A stretch of DNA of 43,608 nucleotides from Paraspadella gotoi (taxonomy: Eukaryota > Animalia > Chaetognatha), in the NCBI GenBank assembly GCA_051294375.1, contig CM119264.1:1997349-2040956 (forward strand). The letters run 5' to 3'. Both the position numbers and the translations under genes were made by a program. This document shows positions 11,628 to 22,346 of this stretch, one piece after another (position 1 is the first letter of the stretch; each line of letters opens with the position of its first letter). Below the pieces are notes generated by a model. It was not told the origin of the DNA. It saw only the letters and a list, made by a program, of their open reading frames with translations, and searched no databases.

Positions 11628-12418
11628 AAGACATAATAAATCATAACAGATTTCTTAATAAATCAATAAGAGAATACATCAATCAATCCTTCAATCAACT
11701 GATCAATCCGCCAATCAATAATTCTAACTAAGGACGAACGGACGGACAGACTGACGGACATAATTTGTTTTTTTTTTGCATATTTTATCATGTTCTGACG
11801 TGATCTAAGTGTAAGATTGTGGGGGTGGACCGATGGACCGACAAAGTGGATTATACAGTCGGAACTTCTGATAAGCAGATCCGACTAAAAAGTTCCTTTT
11901 TAGATTTTTGATGTCGTTTGAATTTCATCGACTGAATCTTACTTTCTTCGCCAATAACGAGAGAACCAACAATACAAATGACGACTAATTACTGATAAAC
12001 CGGAACGTGACAACCGATTATTATCTCAATTTACTATTTTACAGAGGTTCAACTGAAAAACAGGAGCTCGGGCCTTCTGCTAACCAGCGAAAATGGAAAT
12101 ATCTCCACGAAGGAATTTAATTCAAACTTGGAGCAAAAATTTCATAAGAGGGAGATTTCAGAGGGCACTTACTACATTCTCGATCAGAAGGAAAATTACG
12201 TTACAAACTTTGATTGTAACGTCTATGCACAATCAGCGAAAGATAGCGACGACAAAAGCCAACAGTGGCGTTTGGAGGAAGTCAACGGTTACTTTCACAT
12301 TATATCTGAGGTGAACGGTCTTGTCATCACCTCGAATGACAATAGTAATTCCTGTCAAATGACGGAAAAAGATGAAGAGTCCTTCGAGCAGATGTTTTCC
12401 GTAATTCCTGTGGAATAA
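8573..12418 (+). CDS. Ricin-B / beta-trefoil lectin-like protein, ~134 aa; coding exons 8573-8575, 9627-9654, 12045-12418
   Basis: Splice signals: aaaATG|gtaag at 8573; tag|GCTTCT...ACAG|gcaagt (GC donor at 9655); ttttacag|AGGTT at 12045. Phases agree and give MASASWPNNTEVQLKNRSSGLLLTS...EQKF...SQQW...EQMFSVIPVE*, with three Q-x-F/W repeats. AATAAA at 12512. No signal peptide. Confidence 0.8.
9033..9255 (+). mobile_element. Solo LTR of tRNA-carrying TRIM, in lectin intron 1
   Basis: TATGGTGGACTAAAATCCACCA...CTCTTCA flanked by a 4-bp direct repeat TGTT (9029-9032 / 9256-9259). Confidence 0.9.
9692..10800 (+). mobile_element. DINE-1/Helentron-like non-autonomous repeat, in lectin intron 2
   Basis: T-run start, subterminal inverted repeats cggatctgc (9702) / gcagatccg (10787), internal gtccgtctgtccgtcc tetranucleotide repeats. 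Homologous copies occur elsewhere in the window. Confidence 0.6.
9870..10075 (+). repeat. 18-bp minisatellite (approx. cgcataattttttcaact)n
   Basis: About 11 degenerate units; explains the repetitive KIMxVE ORF on the minus strand. Confidence 0.9.
10825..11212 (+). mobile_element. TRIM copy: 5' LTR 10825-11059, PBS 11061-11073, short internal region; PPT and most of the 3' LTR deleted
   Basis: 4-bp TSD CAAG (10821-10824 / 11213-11216). The LTR ends ...CTCTTCA followed by t-TGGTGAGCCCGCC. The last ~33 bp of the LTR recur at ~11180-11212. Confidence 0.9.
10858..10929 (+). other. tRNA-like (Gly-CCC-resembling) cassette inside the LTR; same cassette in the other LTR copies
   Basis: Acceptor-like stem GCGGCCA/TGGTCGT (perfect TGGCCGC in the 9033 copy), A-box-like TGGTGCCGGAGG, TCGCCTCCCA anticodon-loop-like region, B-box-like GGTTC(T/A)AGCC. 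The anticodon stem does not pair, so it is not a functional tRNA. Confidence 0.75.
11730..11890 (-). mobile_element. 5' fragment of the DINE-1/Helentron-like repeat
   Basis: ggacggacagac repeats and ...gataagcagatccgactaaaa, the reverse complement of the 9692 element start. Confidence 0.55.
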
Positions 12419-12717
12419 GTGTGGTTTATTGTGTTCTGTGAAGTAGATATTGAAAAAATATTATCTGCAGAAAAAGTTTAGATTTTTTATTTTTAGATGA
12501 ATACAATTAAAAATAAATGTTTTCACTTATTTAGTAATGGACAATACAATAAGCTATACAATATTCTTTAACAACGAATGTAAGCTATTTCGATTTTTCT
12601 TTCTGTTTTGCACCAGATACAAGGTCCTTTTGTAAAAAAGTTTTAAAATTGTTCCTGAGACCATTCCGCACATTAAAACAATATTTTGCTTTTATTTGGG
12701 TACAGGTTGTTACACAA

Positions 12718-13246
12718 TAGAGTGGAGCTATCAAGAACAAAAATTGTATTTGAGTTAATTAAAAATGATAATTTTATTACATGTCTATTCATTATTAAAA
12801 CCCATTTTTTTTAAACAAAAAACAAACTTTGTTTTCTCTTCTACAACATGTTTCAAAAAATTTTAATGTCTTCAGCGTCAAAAACAGGAAATAAAGGTCA
12901 AAAAACTTCTGTTTTTCACTCTTTCTGGTAGATGATAAAACCTTTTATCATTTTACGTACCCTTAACATTAAAATTTCATTTAACATATTTTACAAAAGT
13001 TTTTTATTTTATTCTGACGAATCCAAATCCGTTCTTTAAATTAATTTTAAAAATCATTTTAGTAAACATTGTATAAATAATTTTTAAAATTGTATGTGCT
13101 TGTAAGGATATTACTTCAAAGGAAATATAATTAGCTCTACTGTTATGCTTAAAATTTTTTTAAAGGGCATGAATTTTTTGAATTACTTACATATAAATAG
13201 AAAAAAATATTATTAATTCGCTTTTTCTTTTCATCGCTCCACCGTA
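12718..13246 (-). mobile_element. hAT-type MITE
   Basis: TIRs TAGAGTGGAGC / GCTCCACCGTA with a perfect 8-bp TSD TTACACAA (12710-12717 / 13247-13254). Inverted homolog of 14689-15315. Confidence 0.9.
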
Positions 13247-13587
13247 TTACACAATAATTCCCAAAATATATGCAGGATCCTAAACTATAATGGTGAGCCG
13301 TGGCACCTTTAATTGTCAAATATAAAAATTGCTTAAGCTAAGCTATGTTATCAAGTTTTTTCTTTGTGATGATCTTTCAGTAGGGAACTTTAAAATTAGT
13401 TTAGGAATTTCACGGAGAGCTTGCTAATCAATCACGACTTTCTACTTTATATCTACATACCAATTCAGAGTACTAGCTGTGACTTGTAGTGAAAATTAAC
13501 TTGGAACAGAAGAGAGATGAATTGTACCTTAGATGACGGTAATTGGAGGTGAGGCATCTTTACTTCTCTGTCTCGGTTTGTGTCACT

Positions 13588-13628
13588 AGTCTCTTTGGTG
13601 GCCAGGGTTCGAATCCCACCACCCGCTA
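13588..13628 (+). pseudogene. 3' half of a tRNA-Leu-like sequence (variable arm plus T arm); tRNA or SINE relic
   Basis: AGTCTCTTTGGTGGCCAGGGTTCGAATCCCACC resembles the variable and T arms of eukaryotic tRNA-Leu; no 5' half is visible. Confidence 0.45.
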
Positions 13629-14632
13629 CCCGCTACCACCAGTCCACCACACTTAATAAAAGGGAGACAGATTGAATCAAAATCGAAAAGCAGTGGCTCT
13701 TTATACAATGAAATCGAAACAACGACACGTGTGAGGCGGCTAACTTGGCGAAATTATTTTGTTAGAAAATTGAGACAAGTTTTCCGTATTTTTTATCAAG
13801 ATGTAATCATTCGAAAATCATGAGCCAAATTAGAGAATAAAAAGTCAAAACAATGGTAAAACAATTCGCGGTCAAAACTATCGAAAGGCGAGAAAACAAT
13901 TGTATTGGTTTAGTGGCTCAATTAGGTTGACCCACTTAACGATCAAGTAGTTGATTCGTGATTGACACAATTTGTTCGTTGTTGTCGTCGTCGTCGTTGT
14001 TGTTGTTATCAGATGAGCTTCTACACAGGTGAGATTCGCCGGTGGATGGAAGCCTATTGTCTCATTTCTTTAATGAAGAATGTAGTTTTAGTTCTAATAA
14101 GTTGTATAAACAATCAATAGCAATATTGCATTAGAAAGAACAACCTAATCAATTTCTCTTTTTAATTTAAAAAAAATAACTTTTTAGTTTTAAATACTAC
14201 TTATTGAATAATCAGAGTAATTACAAGTAAAGTAATTAATTTTAAAAATAACAATTATATAACTTTTAAGCTATACTAAAGAAAATTTAATCAACATCAA
14301 CTTCCGGTCAATTGTGCGTGGGTCAAACGCAAAATCTGATTGACGACTCCTTGTTTATCCACTTAAAATTATACTAAAACCATTGTAAATTTTTCGACTG
14401 TATGGTGAGAAAAACGCAGTGTTCCTCCAACTCAATATTAATATTAATATTAATTGAATAACATTTCTATTTTTATCTCGCTAGACGGGCTTAAGCCCTC
14501 TGGTTAAACTCTGCAGGAAAAAAATGTGCTAGATAGCGCCCTAAATTATGCTAAAAATAGCTAGATTTTTTTTACTGTGCTAAATATCTTGTAATGCAAA
14601 ATTGTTAAGAGAGTAAAGAGAAATGAGCCTAT

Positions 14633-15918
14633 TGAAGAGACAGTGATTATTGTTATGTGTTAGTGACAGAACCGTTCAATATAAGCAGTAGGGTGGAGTG
14701 ATGAAAAGATTGAGTGATTGAACATTATTTTTTTGCTGCCTATGGACATATAATTAATGAATTTTAAATCCTTTTAAAAATTTTTTTAGCATAACAGTAT
14801 AGCAAATTCAATTATTTATGTAGTAATATCCTTATAAAATCGTTAAATTACAAAATAATTTTTTTTTATTTTGAAAAACTGATTTGGATTCGCGGTAAAA
14901 AACTAAGAAACTTTTATAAAATATATTATATGATATTTTAATGTTTAGATCACAAAAAATGACTAAAATGTTTTAACATATATATGTTTCTACTACAGAT
15001 AATAAAAAAGTCAAGAATATTTACCTTTTTTCTTATTTTAAACATTGAAGATGACAGATTTTTTGATAACATGTTTTATATTTTTGATTCAACTTTTTAT
15101 GAAGAATCTGAATCTTTATTAAAAGTTTTATAAAAATTTTTTTTAAAATTTACTATTTTATAAGGATATTACTACAAATATATATATTTTGCTATTCTGT
15201 TCCCGAGATAATATGAACGAAATATTTTTTGTACTAGTTAATCATACTATCTCACATCTAAATATCATTGTTCGATCATTCAAATAATTTTTTTGTTCTT
15301 GAGTGCTCCACTCTAATAAGCAGTCCCCGAGCTTCGGATCAGGCTGTAACACCATGTTACAGGCGGGTTAAGCGCCCCGTCCCTCTTAACTGCCAGACGA
15401 CCACCGGGCTAGAACCCCGGACCTTTGGGTTGGGAGGCGAATGACTTGCCTCCGGCACCAATGGCCGCTGATGAACGGTTGGTGGATTTTAGTCCACCAT
15501 ACATCCCCCCCTCCGTAGGGAGAAGTCTGTTGCGTCTCTTCAGTGAATTGTTGTTGTTGGTGGAAAGTTCGTCACCAAGTTGAGGCATGTCGCCTGATGT
15601 GTTGTGGCAGAAAGTGCATCGCCGGTTGAGCATGTCGCCTGAAAGTGTTGTTGTGGTGTTGTGTTCGGAAGGCGGGCTCACCAATGAAGAGACAGTAATT
15701 ATTGATAAGTGTTAATGACAGAACCGTTCAATATAAGCAGTCCCTGAGCTTCGGATCAGGCTGTAACACCATGTTACAGGCGGGTTAAGCGCCCCGTCCC
15801 TCTTAACTGCCAGACGACCACCGGGCTAGAACCCCGGACCTTTGGGTTGGGAGGCGAATGACTTGCCTCCGGCACCAATGGGCGCTGATGAACGGTTGGT
15901 GGATTTTAGTCCACCATA
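14633..15918 (-). mobile_element. Full-length TRIM: 5' LTR 15918-15685, PBS 15683-15671, internal region, PPT 15514-15504, 3' LTR 15501-14633 split by a hAT MITE
   Basis: Two nearly identical LTRs. On the element strand the PBS reads TGGTGAGCCCGCC and the PPT reads GGAGGGGGGGA. The flanks (ctat / aggt) do not form a TSD in this copy. Confidence 0.9.
14689..15315 (+). mobile_element. hAT-type MITE inserted in the TRIM 3' LTR
   Basis: TIRs TAGGGTGGAG / CTCCACTCTA and a perfect 8-bp TSD ATAAGCAG (14681-14688 / 15316-15323). Confidence 0.92.
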
Positions 15919-18141
15919 AGGTGTTTCGCAGCAGTAATTTTCAAACAGACCAACAATCAACTGACGCCATAGTGTCTTGCACTTGTAAAGTTGCTTTAAC
16001 TAGTATTACAGAAATACACAAGCATCTCAAATGAAAATCGGTATTAACCAAATATATTGACTTTATTGTATAAATGATAGCAATCCGGTATGGTAATTAA
16101 CTTGAGTGTTAAAATAAAGAAATAAATAATAAAATAAGCAAATAACATATTTAATACAAATTTATATTGCCAGAATAAGTGTTTTTTATACCTTGTCCAA
16201 TGCCGTAGATTGAAAAACCTTAATTTTTTTTCACATTTTGAATATGCCAGATTGTATGTTATATGCCAGAACATTTGTTATTAGCTAAATGGTCTGAAAT
16301 TATGCCTCTCTCCTTCTATTGCACAAATTTTGTTTACCATTTTTGAAATAAAATCGTTGTTGAAATAAAATTTCAAACTTTTTTTTAAATATTTACTACA
16401 CAACAAAAAGAAAGGACAATAAACAAAGTTTTTATATTTGTTATTTATTTATTTTATATTATGTTTCACCTCAGTTATTTTCTGTCTTTTTCCCTCTTAT
16501 TTTTTGACATTACTTAAGTTGTCCTCACACGTTCAGCCAAATTATTTACTAGTTATTTCGTCTGTCTTTTGTCATTCTTGTCCGAGTCGTAATTTGGCGA
16601 GACTCATGATCAATCTTTAGTTCGTTTTATGACTAAATCTTCATCTCTACTTTTCATTCATCATATACTTGAACACCTGATATCACGAGCGTGATATATA
16701 CCAAGTTATTTTGTATTGGCCTGCCTTGAATGACTATTAAAAATTTACTTTGGAAACTGTCAAGATTGCTAGTTGCACACTGATTTTCAATGAAAATAAT
16801 ATCTATAAAACAGACCTTATCCCTAAATTTTTGTGGGCTGAGATGAGTAAAAACAAGTCAGCACAAAGCTCTATGAAAGTTTTTAAAAAATGAGGTTTTG
16901 AAAAAATACATTCTGCGCTACTTATTTACCTCAGTGTAAGCAGAGGAGTGCAAAAGGAAATTATATCTCTAAACTCAAACTTTAACTTTTGATGCTTTTT
17001 AAAGATAGTGATTATGAGCTTCTATCTTTTTTAAAATTTAATAGCTATCATTGACATTTTTATTATAATTCAGTGTCTTCCTTTACTTTATTAGTGCATC
17101 CTATGTATTGAAATAAGATTCGAATACTAAGTTTTAATTGTATACCTTCTTTTTTTGCATTTATATTATCAAATAAGCTAAGTCTCTAAATTAACCGATT
17201 TTAACCGTTTACGGTTAAAAAAGTCGATTTTTAACGGTTAACCGACGTTGTAAAAAAATTAAGGAATTAAGGAAACATTACTCTTGGCGGGACGAAAAGG
17301 GCGCCTCGCCCGACGGATGGCGCAGCACGCGATCGTTCTCGTGATCGTCGTCGTCGTCGTCGTCTTCGAAGCAGCGAGGAGGAAGATATGATATTGAAAG
17401 AAAGTTTTAATTGATTGGCTGAATGAATGTATGATTGATCGTTTGGTTGATTGATTCATTGTTGGTTGATTTATCGATTTATGACTCTTGATCAAACGAT
17501 TTCATTAATGATTTAGCGATGTAGACATCGAGTGTTATTGTTCATTGTTCAATGTTCTTTCAAAATCATTTTTCAATTCTATTTAATTGTGTGTTCTCAT
17601 CATCACAGTGACTGCGAGATTTCAATTTATCCGCATGATTATTATAAAACAATTTGTTATACAGTACATTATCAGTAATATTTATAAAATTTATGAAATA
17701 ATGACGTCTTTCAAACCTAGAAAATTGTCACTTTTCAATCACGTAAATGAAAACATTATATATTAATCTTTAATATTCAGGACAAAGAAACATAATTTTT
17801 TTCTAATAACAAGAGTCAAACAATATACATCATACATAGATGCAATATACTTGTAGCAAATATATATATTTTGTTATCAAAATGCTGTTGTCGACAACGA
17901 AATTTTGCATTTTGTTTACGATGTAAATCAAGAACCTCTGAAGCCGTGATGCCCATTGGGGTAACGCTTGGGATGGTGAGTTCCCCCTCTGGGCCAATGT
18001 GATTCGCTGAACGATGGTGGATGTGAGGCGGCGTGAATATACCGCCACAATAGTCACAATAATCACATCGACCGGCCCCGTCTACAATGCCCATTTGTTT
18101 TTCCTCGCCTCTATATTCGCCAGAGGGAGGAGGACGAGTCC

Positions 18142-21100
18142 CTACGCAAATGCGTAGACCTCGATCTCGCAAAGAATAAACCTGATCCACTTGATGGGTT
18201 CGACCTCCAACTTGATCGAGTCGCCCAGTATTCCCTTTCCTCCGCAGCTCAACGCCATCTTGTCAGGATGCTTCTGGAAGAACGCGGGGTCGTCGACGCT
18301 GCCGCAGTCGCTGCAGTAAAGACGGCAGGGTCGCGGCAGAACTGTGGCAATCTCCTCCTTTCATTTTTTTTAAATTGCCACATTTTAGTATCCCTTTTTA
18401 GTTGCGCGAGTACTCGCGGAGCAACTCTGTAAGTCACTTTTTGGTCGGTCCGTCGGTCGGTCGGTACGTTTGTCCGTCGGTCTGTCTCATTTATATTAAT
18501 AAAAGACGATATTTTGATGCAGTGCATGTCATAAATACACGGGCAAAGAAAGCTTTTTAATCATGTCATTTCACGTCATATCATGTGATCAAAAGGAAAT
18601 GCATGTGAAAATAAAGTCACTGCGGCACAACACATTGGAATTATCGTTCTTGGGTTAATAAGATTTAATTACAAAAATATTTATCTTTTCTTATTTTTTT
18701 AAAAGTTATCTTACTATTGTTTTCTATAAGATGGCCGGGACCCGCTATGTTATTATGAATGCCTTGAACCACCATAGCCTGTCAGGGGCAAGTCATTCGC
18801 CTCCCAACCCAAAGGTCCGGGGTTCAAGCCCGGTGGTCGTCTAGCAGTTAAGAGGGACGGGGCGCTTAACCCGCCTGTAACATGGTGTTACAGCCTGATC
18901 AGAAGCTCAGGGACTGCTTATATTGAACGGTTCTGTCACTAACACATAACAATAATTACTGTCAGTTCAATATCATCTAAAAGCTAAGAGAGAGTGCTAT
19001 ACAAATATTTATTCTTATTTTAAAAATCATTAAGAGTTTTAGAGTAATGATTTTTTAAATTTAGTCTCGATATAGGGTCCCACCCCTGTATAATAAATTT
19101 TTTGTCAACAGAGTTTTTTTTTAGACCGACAGCTCTGCCGCACCCTATTTTTTTGTTTCCGCTAAGAATCGTGGCCGAAACTCCGGACATTTTTTTGTAC
19201 TTGAGGACAATCCATCTCACTGTCACAATAGTGGAAGAAAAATATATTGGTTAAATAAAAAAATGTAAATATGTATGCATTAGTGATGAAATCTCTCAAT
19301 TATGGATAGTTAAAAACTTTTAATTTTAATCAATTTAATCTACTTATTTTGATGGCTTTAGGATTTCAGATAAGGGTTCTCAGTATAACCTTTCTACGGG
19401 TAAGTTTAATCCGTTACAGTTGACTAAGTAATTGAGAATGGTTTGCGAGAGTAACAATTTTCTCGTTTATCAGTAAATTACTTACGAATAATTTCATTTA
19501 AAATCAGAGAGGATATTTCTATTTTAGTTCCCCATTACCTGCAACTCGTTTCGAAAGAGGAATTTCTATGGTGTATTTCGTGGCAATGATTGCATCTACG
19601 CAGGTGTCCACTGTTCCGTCTGTCAGACGCCGTAAAATTTCTGGTGGAAGTTTTATACCTGTTCTCCCATTTATAAAGTTAGATCTGATTTTTGCTGATA
19701 AGGCGAGGTTTTTTTGAGCTGAAGATAAGTGAGAAAAAGAGAGATAAAAAAAATTTAATGAAAATTCTTAACAGCGCTTCTACAGTGAAGAGTATTATAT
19801 ATTGACTAGATGATTTACCTTCACATTTTTCACCGACCCAGGCGGTCCCAGGCTTACAAATGCATTCTTTGCCATCCTTCCTCATAGAAGCGTGGCATTC
19901 TTTTACGCAAAACATTCCATCCTTTGAATATATTTTTTTATTTTTGCACTTTTTGCAACGGCCAAGATCGTTAGCTTCGTGACAACCGACGCATTCTTCG
20001 TGACAATTCAACTCGCATCGTCCTTTGATCAAAATCAAACCTTGGCCGCACTCGTTCACCACACGAACGTCGCTCACGCTGATCTTCCTTTCGCCGGCTC
20101 CGAAAGTGAAGTAGATCGAATTGAACTTCATGGGCTTGGGAAAAGTGAAAGAGGACAGCACGACGCCCACCTCCTTCTCTTCCGGGGCTTTCCCGTAATC
20201 TATTCTCAATCTTCCATTCGGTTTTGAGAAGCAGACGAAAAATCCCGAGAAGAGATTTTCTTCGCCGAGAGTCGCACTGAGCGGACTCTCGGACACCCTC
20301 ATCGTTCTCATAGCACTGTAGAACGACACTCCCGTGGGCGAAATGCGAATGTAATTCCAGGTCTTGTAATCCTGCGGAATACCCGCGGATATGAGGTAAA
20401 TATTGCCCATGGACGCTCCCTGAAAGTATATACAGGACCTTTTTCCTCCGATCTGTAATCTATGGCTGTTCGTCCATTTGAGTTTGCAGGGAACGAAACC
20501 NNNNNNNNNNNNNNNNNNNNNNNNNNNNNNNNNNNNNNNNNNNNNNNNNNNNNNNNNNNNNNNNNNNNNNNNNNNNNNNNNNNNNNNNNNNNNNNNNNNN
20601 NNNNNNNNNNNNNNNNNNNNNNNNNNNNNNNNNNNNNNNNNNNNNNNNNNNNNNNNNNNNNNNNNNNNNNNNNNNNNNNNNNNNNNNNNNNNNNNNNNNN
20701 NNNNNNNNNNNNNNNNNNNNNNNNNNNNNNNNNNNNNNNNNNNNNNNNNNNNNNNNNNNNNNNNNNNNNNNNNNNNNNNNNNNNNNNNNNNNNNNNNNNN
20801 NNNNNNNNNNNNNNNNNNNNNNNNNNNNNNNNNNNNNNNNNNNNNNNNNNNNNNNNNNNNNNNNNNNNNNNNNNNNNNNNNNNNNNNNNNNNNNNNNNNN
20901 NNNNNNNNNNNNNNNNNNNNNNNNNNNNNNNNNNNNNNNNNNNNNNNNNNNNAAGAGAGAGATTCAATCAGCACGCACTATAGACGTGAGAGGCGGTAAA
21001 TCCAGAAATTGCCCGCCGCCATAACCGGATTTTCTAGCTCCTCAGTTTTAGAAGAGTTGTTCACTCAGTGGCTTGATAGCATCGTGACAACGTCAGAACC

Positions 21101-22346
21101 GTTCGAGTTTACTCTCGGAAAATTGAGCAGCATTTCTCAATATGAATATAGAGAGTTTATTCGGTGACGATAAATCCAAATCGGCGATGTTTCCAACCTG
21201 CTGGTTCATTGAAAAACGATCCCGTAAAGGGTTTAAACATATTTCGAAAGTGTAGTCACAGTTGTCGACAAAGATAAGAACAAAATTCCTATGAAAAGAA
21301 GATTACTGGCAAATATGGTAGTTCCAAGCAGAAGTTTCATGGACAGATTATTACAGGGCTAAACTAGCCTTAGAGAGAGCCGAGACTTTTTACATGGCCG
21401 AAGGACCGTTTTTCGAGCCGCAATTTCGACATGAAATGGAGGAGAAGTGGTTGTGAATCTGACATTATTGATTATGTCAAAGACCGGTGAATCTGAAACT
21501 AATACTTTGCTTAAATTAAAATCCATCAAACACATTGAATTCAAAGTTGTGTTCACATGAGATAGTGATTTTGAAAGGGGTTCCAAAAGATGCGGAGTAA
21601 CTACGTAAAGTTTCTTCAACCATAGATGGTTCACCAAATATCCGAGAACCAAGTACCTCAAAGAGTTCAGTTGCGCCAACAGCGGGGAAGAGAAATGAAA
21701 TCTGTGTCGCAAATTTGCCTTTGATCTACGACGAGACAACCGGTTATTTTGACCCGATAAACGAGAAGAAATTCAAGAGAGTGGCTTGGTGGTTGAAAGG
21801 TCCCCGTGGCATCCATCGTGTCTGTGAATGGATGAAAGGAATTGAAAGCGAACATCGGATCGATCAGAGTTTCAAATCTGCCTCCAGAATGGCGATCATT
21901 TGACGTGCCGAACCAGCTCCGCTCGAACTAGATTGAGAGGATTTTGTTTCGGATTCCCGCGTCCCTTTGCTCTTGGCGCTGGCCGATCCGGCCCCGGAGC
22001 CGGTACCAAACCCGATGGAGCTTCCGATTTGTTGTCCAACTTGCGCTCCCGCCGGCCCGCCCTTCGCTTGACCGATCAAGCTTCCGATTAAGCCCAAATT
22101 AACGCCAAAGTTTTCTCCATTGCTGAGCGACTTTGCTTCCATCTGAAACATCGCTTGTTGTTCAGAGGTTGCAGCCTTTTCTTGCAAGTATCTTATATAA
22201 TTTGCCGAATTTTTAAAGGTTTCCGTACGCACCGAGTAATCGTAAATACCAAATGCATTCATGCAATCTGGGACATCCTTGTTCATGAACTTAGCTTTTC
22301 CCGCACAGGTCCTCTGTATCACGCTTTTTTTGCGACTCTCCGCCGA
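18142..22346 (-). CDS. MACPF/perforin-like multidomain protein, copy 1 (5' end cut at 22346; block 20953-21862 flipped). Exons: large exon ending 19819, 19718-19539, 19219-19144, 18310-18142
   Basis: All three 3' introns are GT-AG with matching phases, giving ...CHEECVGCHEANDLGRCKKC...KCE-AQKNLALSAK...LTDGTVDTC...VRWIVLKY...GDCGSV...FILCEIEVYAFA*. NLAL / DG..TC / LCEIEVY is the F-type lectin pattern. The MACPF N-terminal part SAESRKKSVIQRTC... lies at 22346-21864. Confidence 0.8.
18787..18969 (+). mobile_element. 5'-truncated LTR of the TRIM family, in the last MACPF intron of copy 1 only
   Basis: ggcaagtcattcgcctccc...ttca matches the LTR from within the tRNA-like cassette to the CA end. 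Confidence 0.9.
20501..20952. other. Assembly gap (452 N) inside MACPF copy 1
   Basis: Size is close to the sequence missing relative to copy 2 (~23790-24185). Confidence 1.

Noticed and set aside
13291-13303. PBS-like TGGTGAGCCG
   Set aside because: No LTR end directly upstream and no internal TRIM sequence downstream.
15465-15501. CTGATGA in the antisense LTR (and CTGAAGA at ~11157) suggesting a hammerhead ribozyme or retrozyme
   Set aside because: No stem II followed by GAAA and no correctly placed cleavage triplet; the motif is part of the long-range LTR stem.
15409-15684. 91-aa ORF inside the TRIM
   Set aside because: It starts in the PBS at a TTG, has no gag or pol motifs and is not conserved in the 10825 copy.
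17270-17400. GC-rich possible exon on the minus strand, and an ATG...G|GTGAG candidate at ~14013-14033
   Set aside because: Neither could be linked to other exons or to a recognisable protein.
17816-18190. 124-aa ORF with a CDYCDYC motif
   Set aside because: It overlaps the last MACPF exon in another frame and runs into its probable 3' UTR; it has a GTG start and no family motif.
21858-21865. GATCGATC as a Hi-C ligation junction
   Set aside because: The same 8-mer occurs in the uninterrupted copy at ~25020, so it is native sequence.
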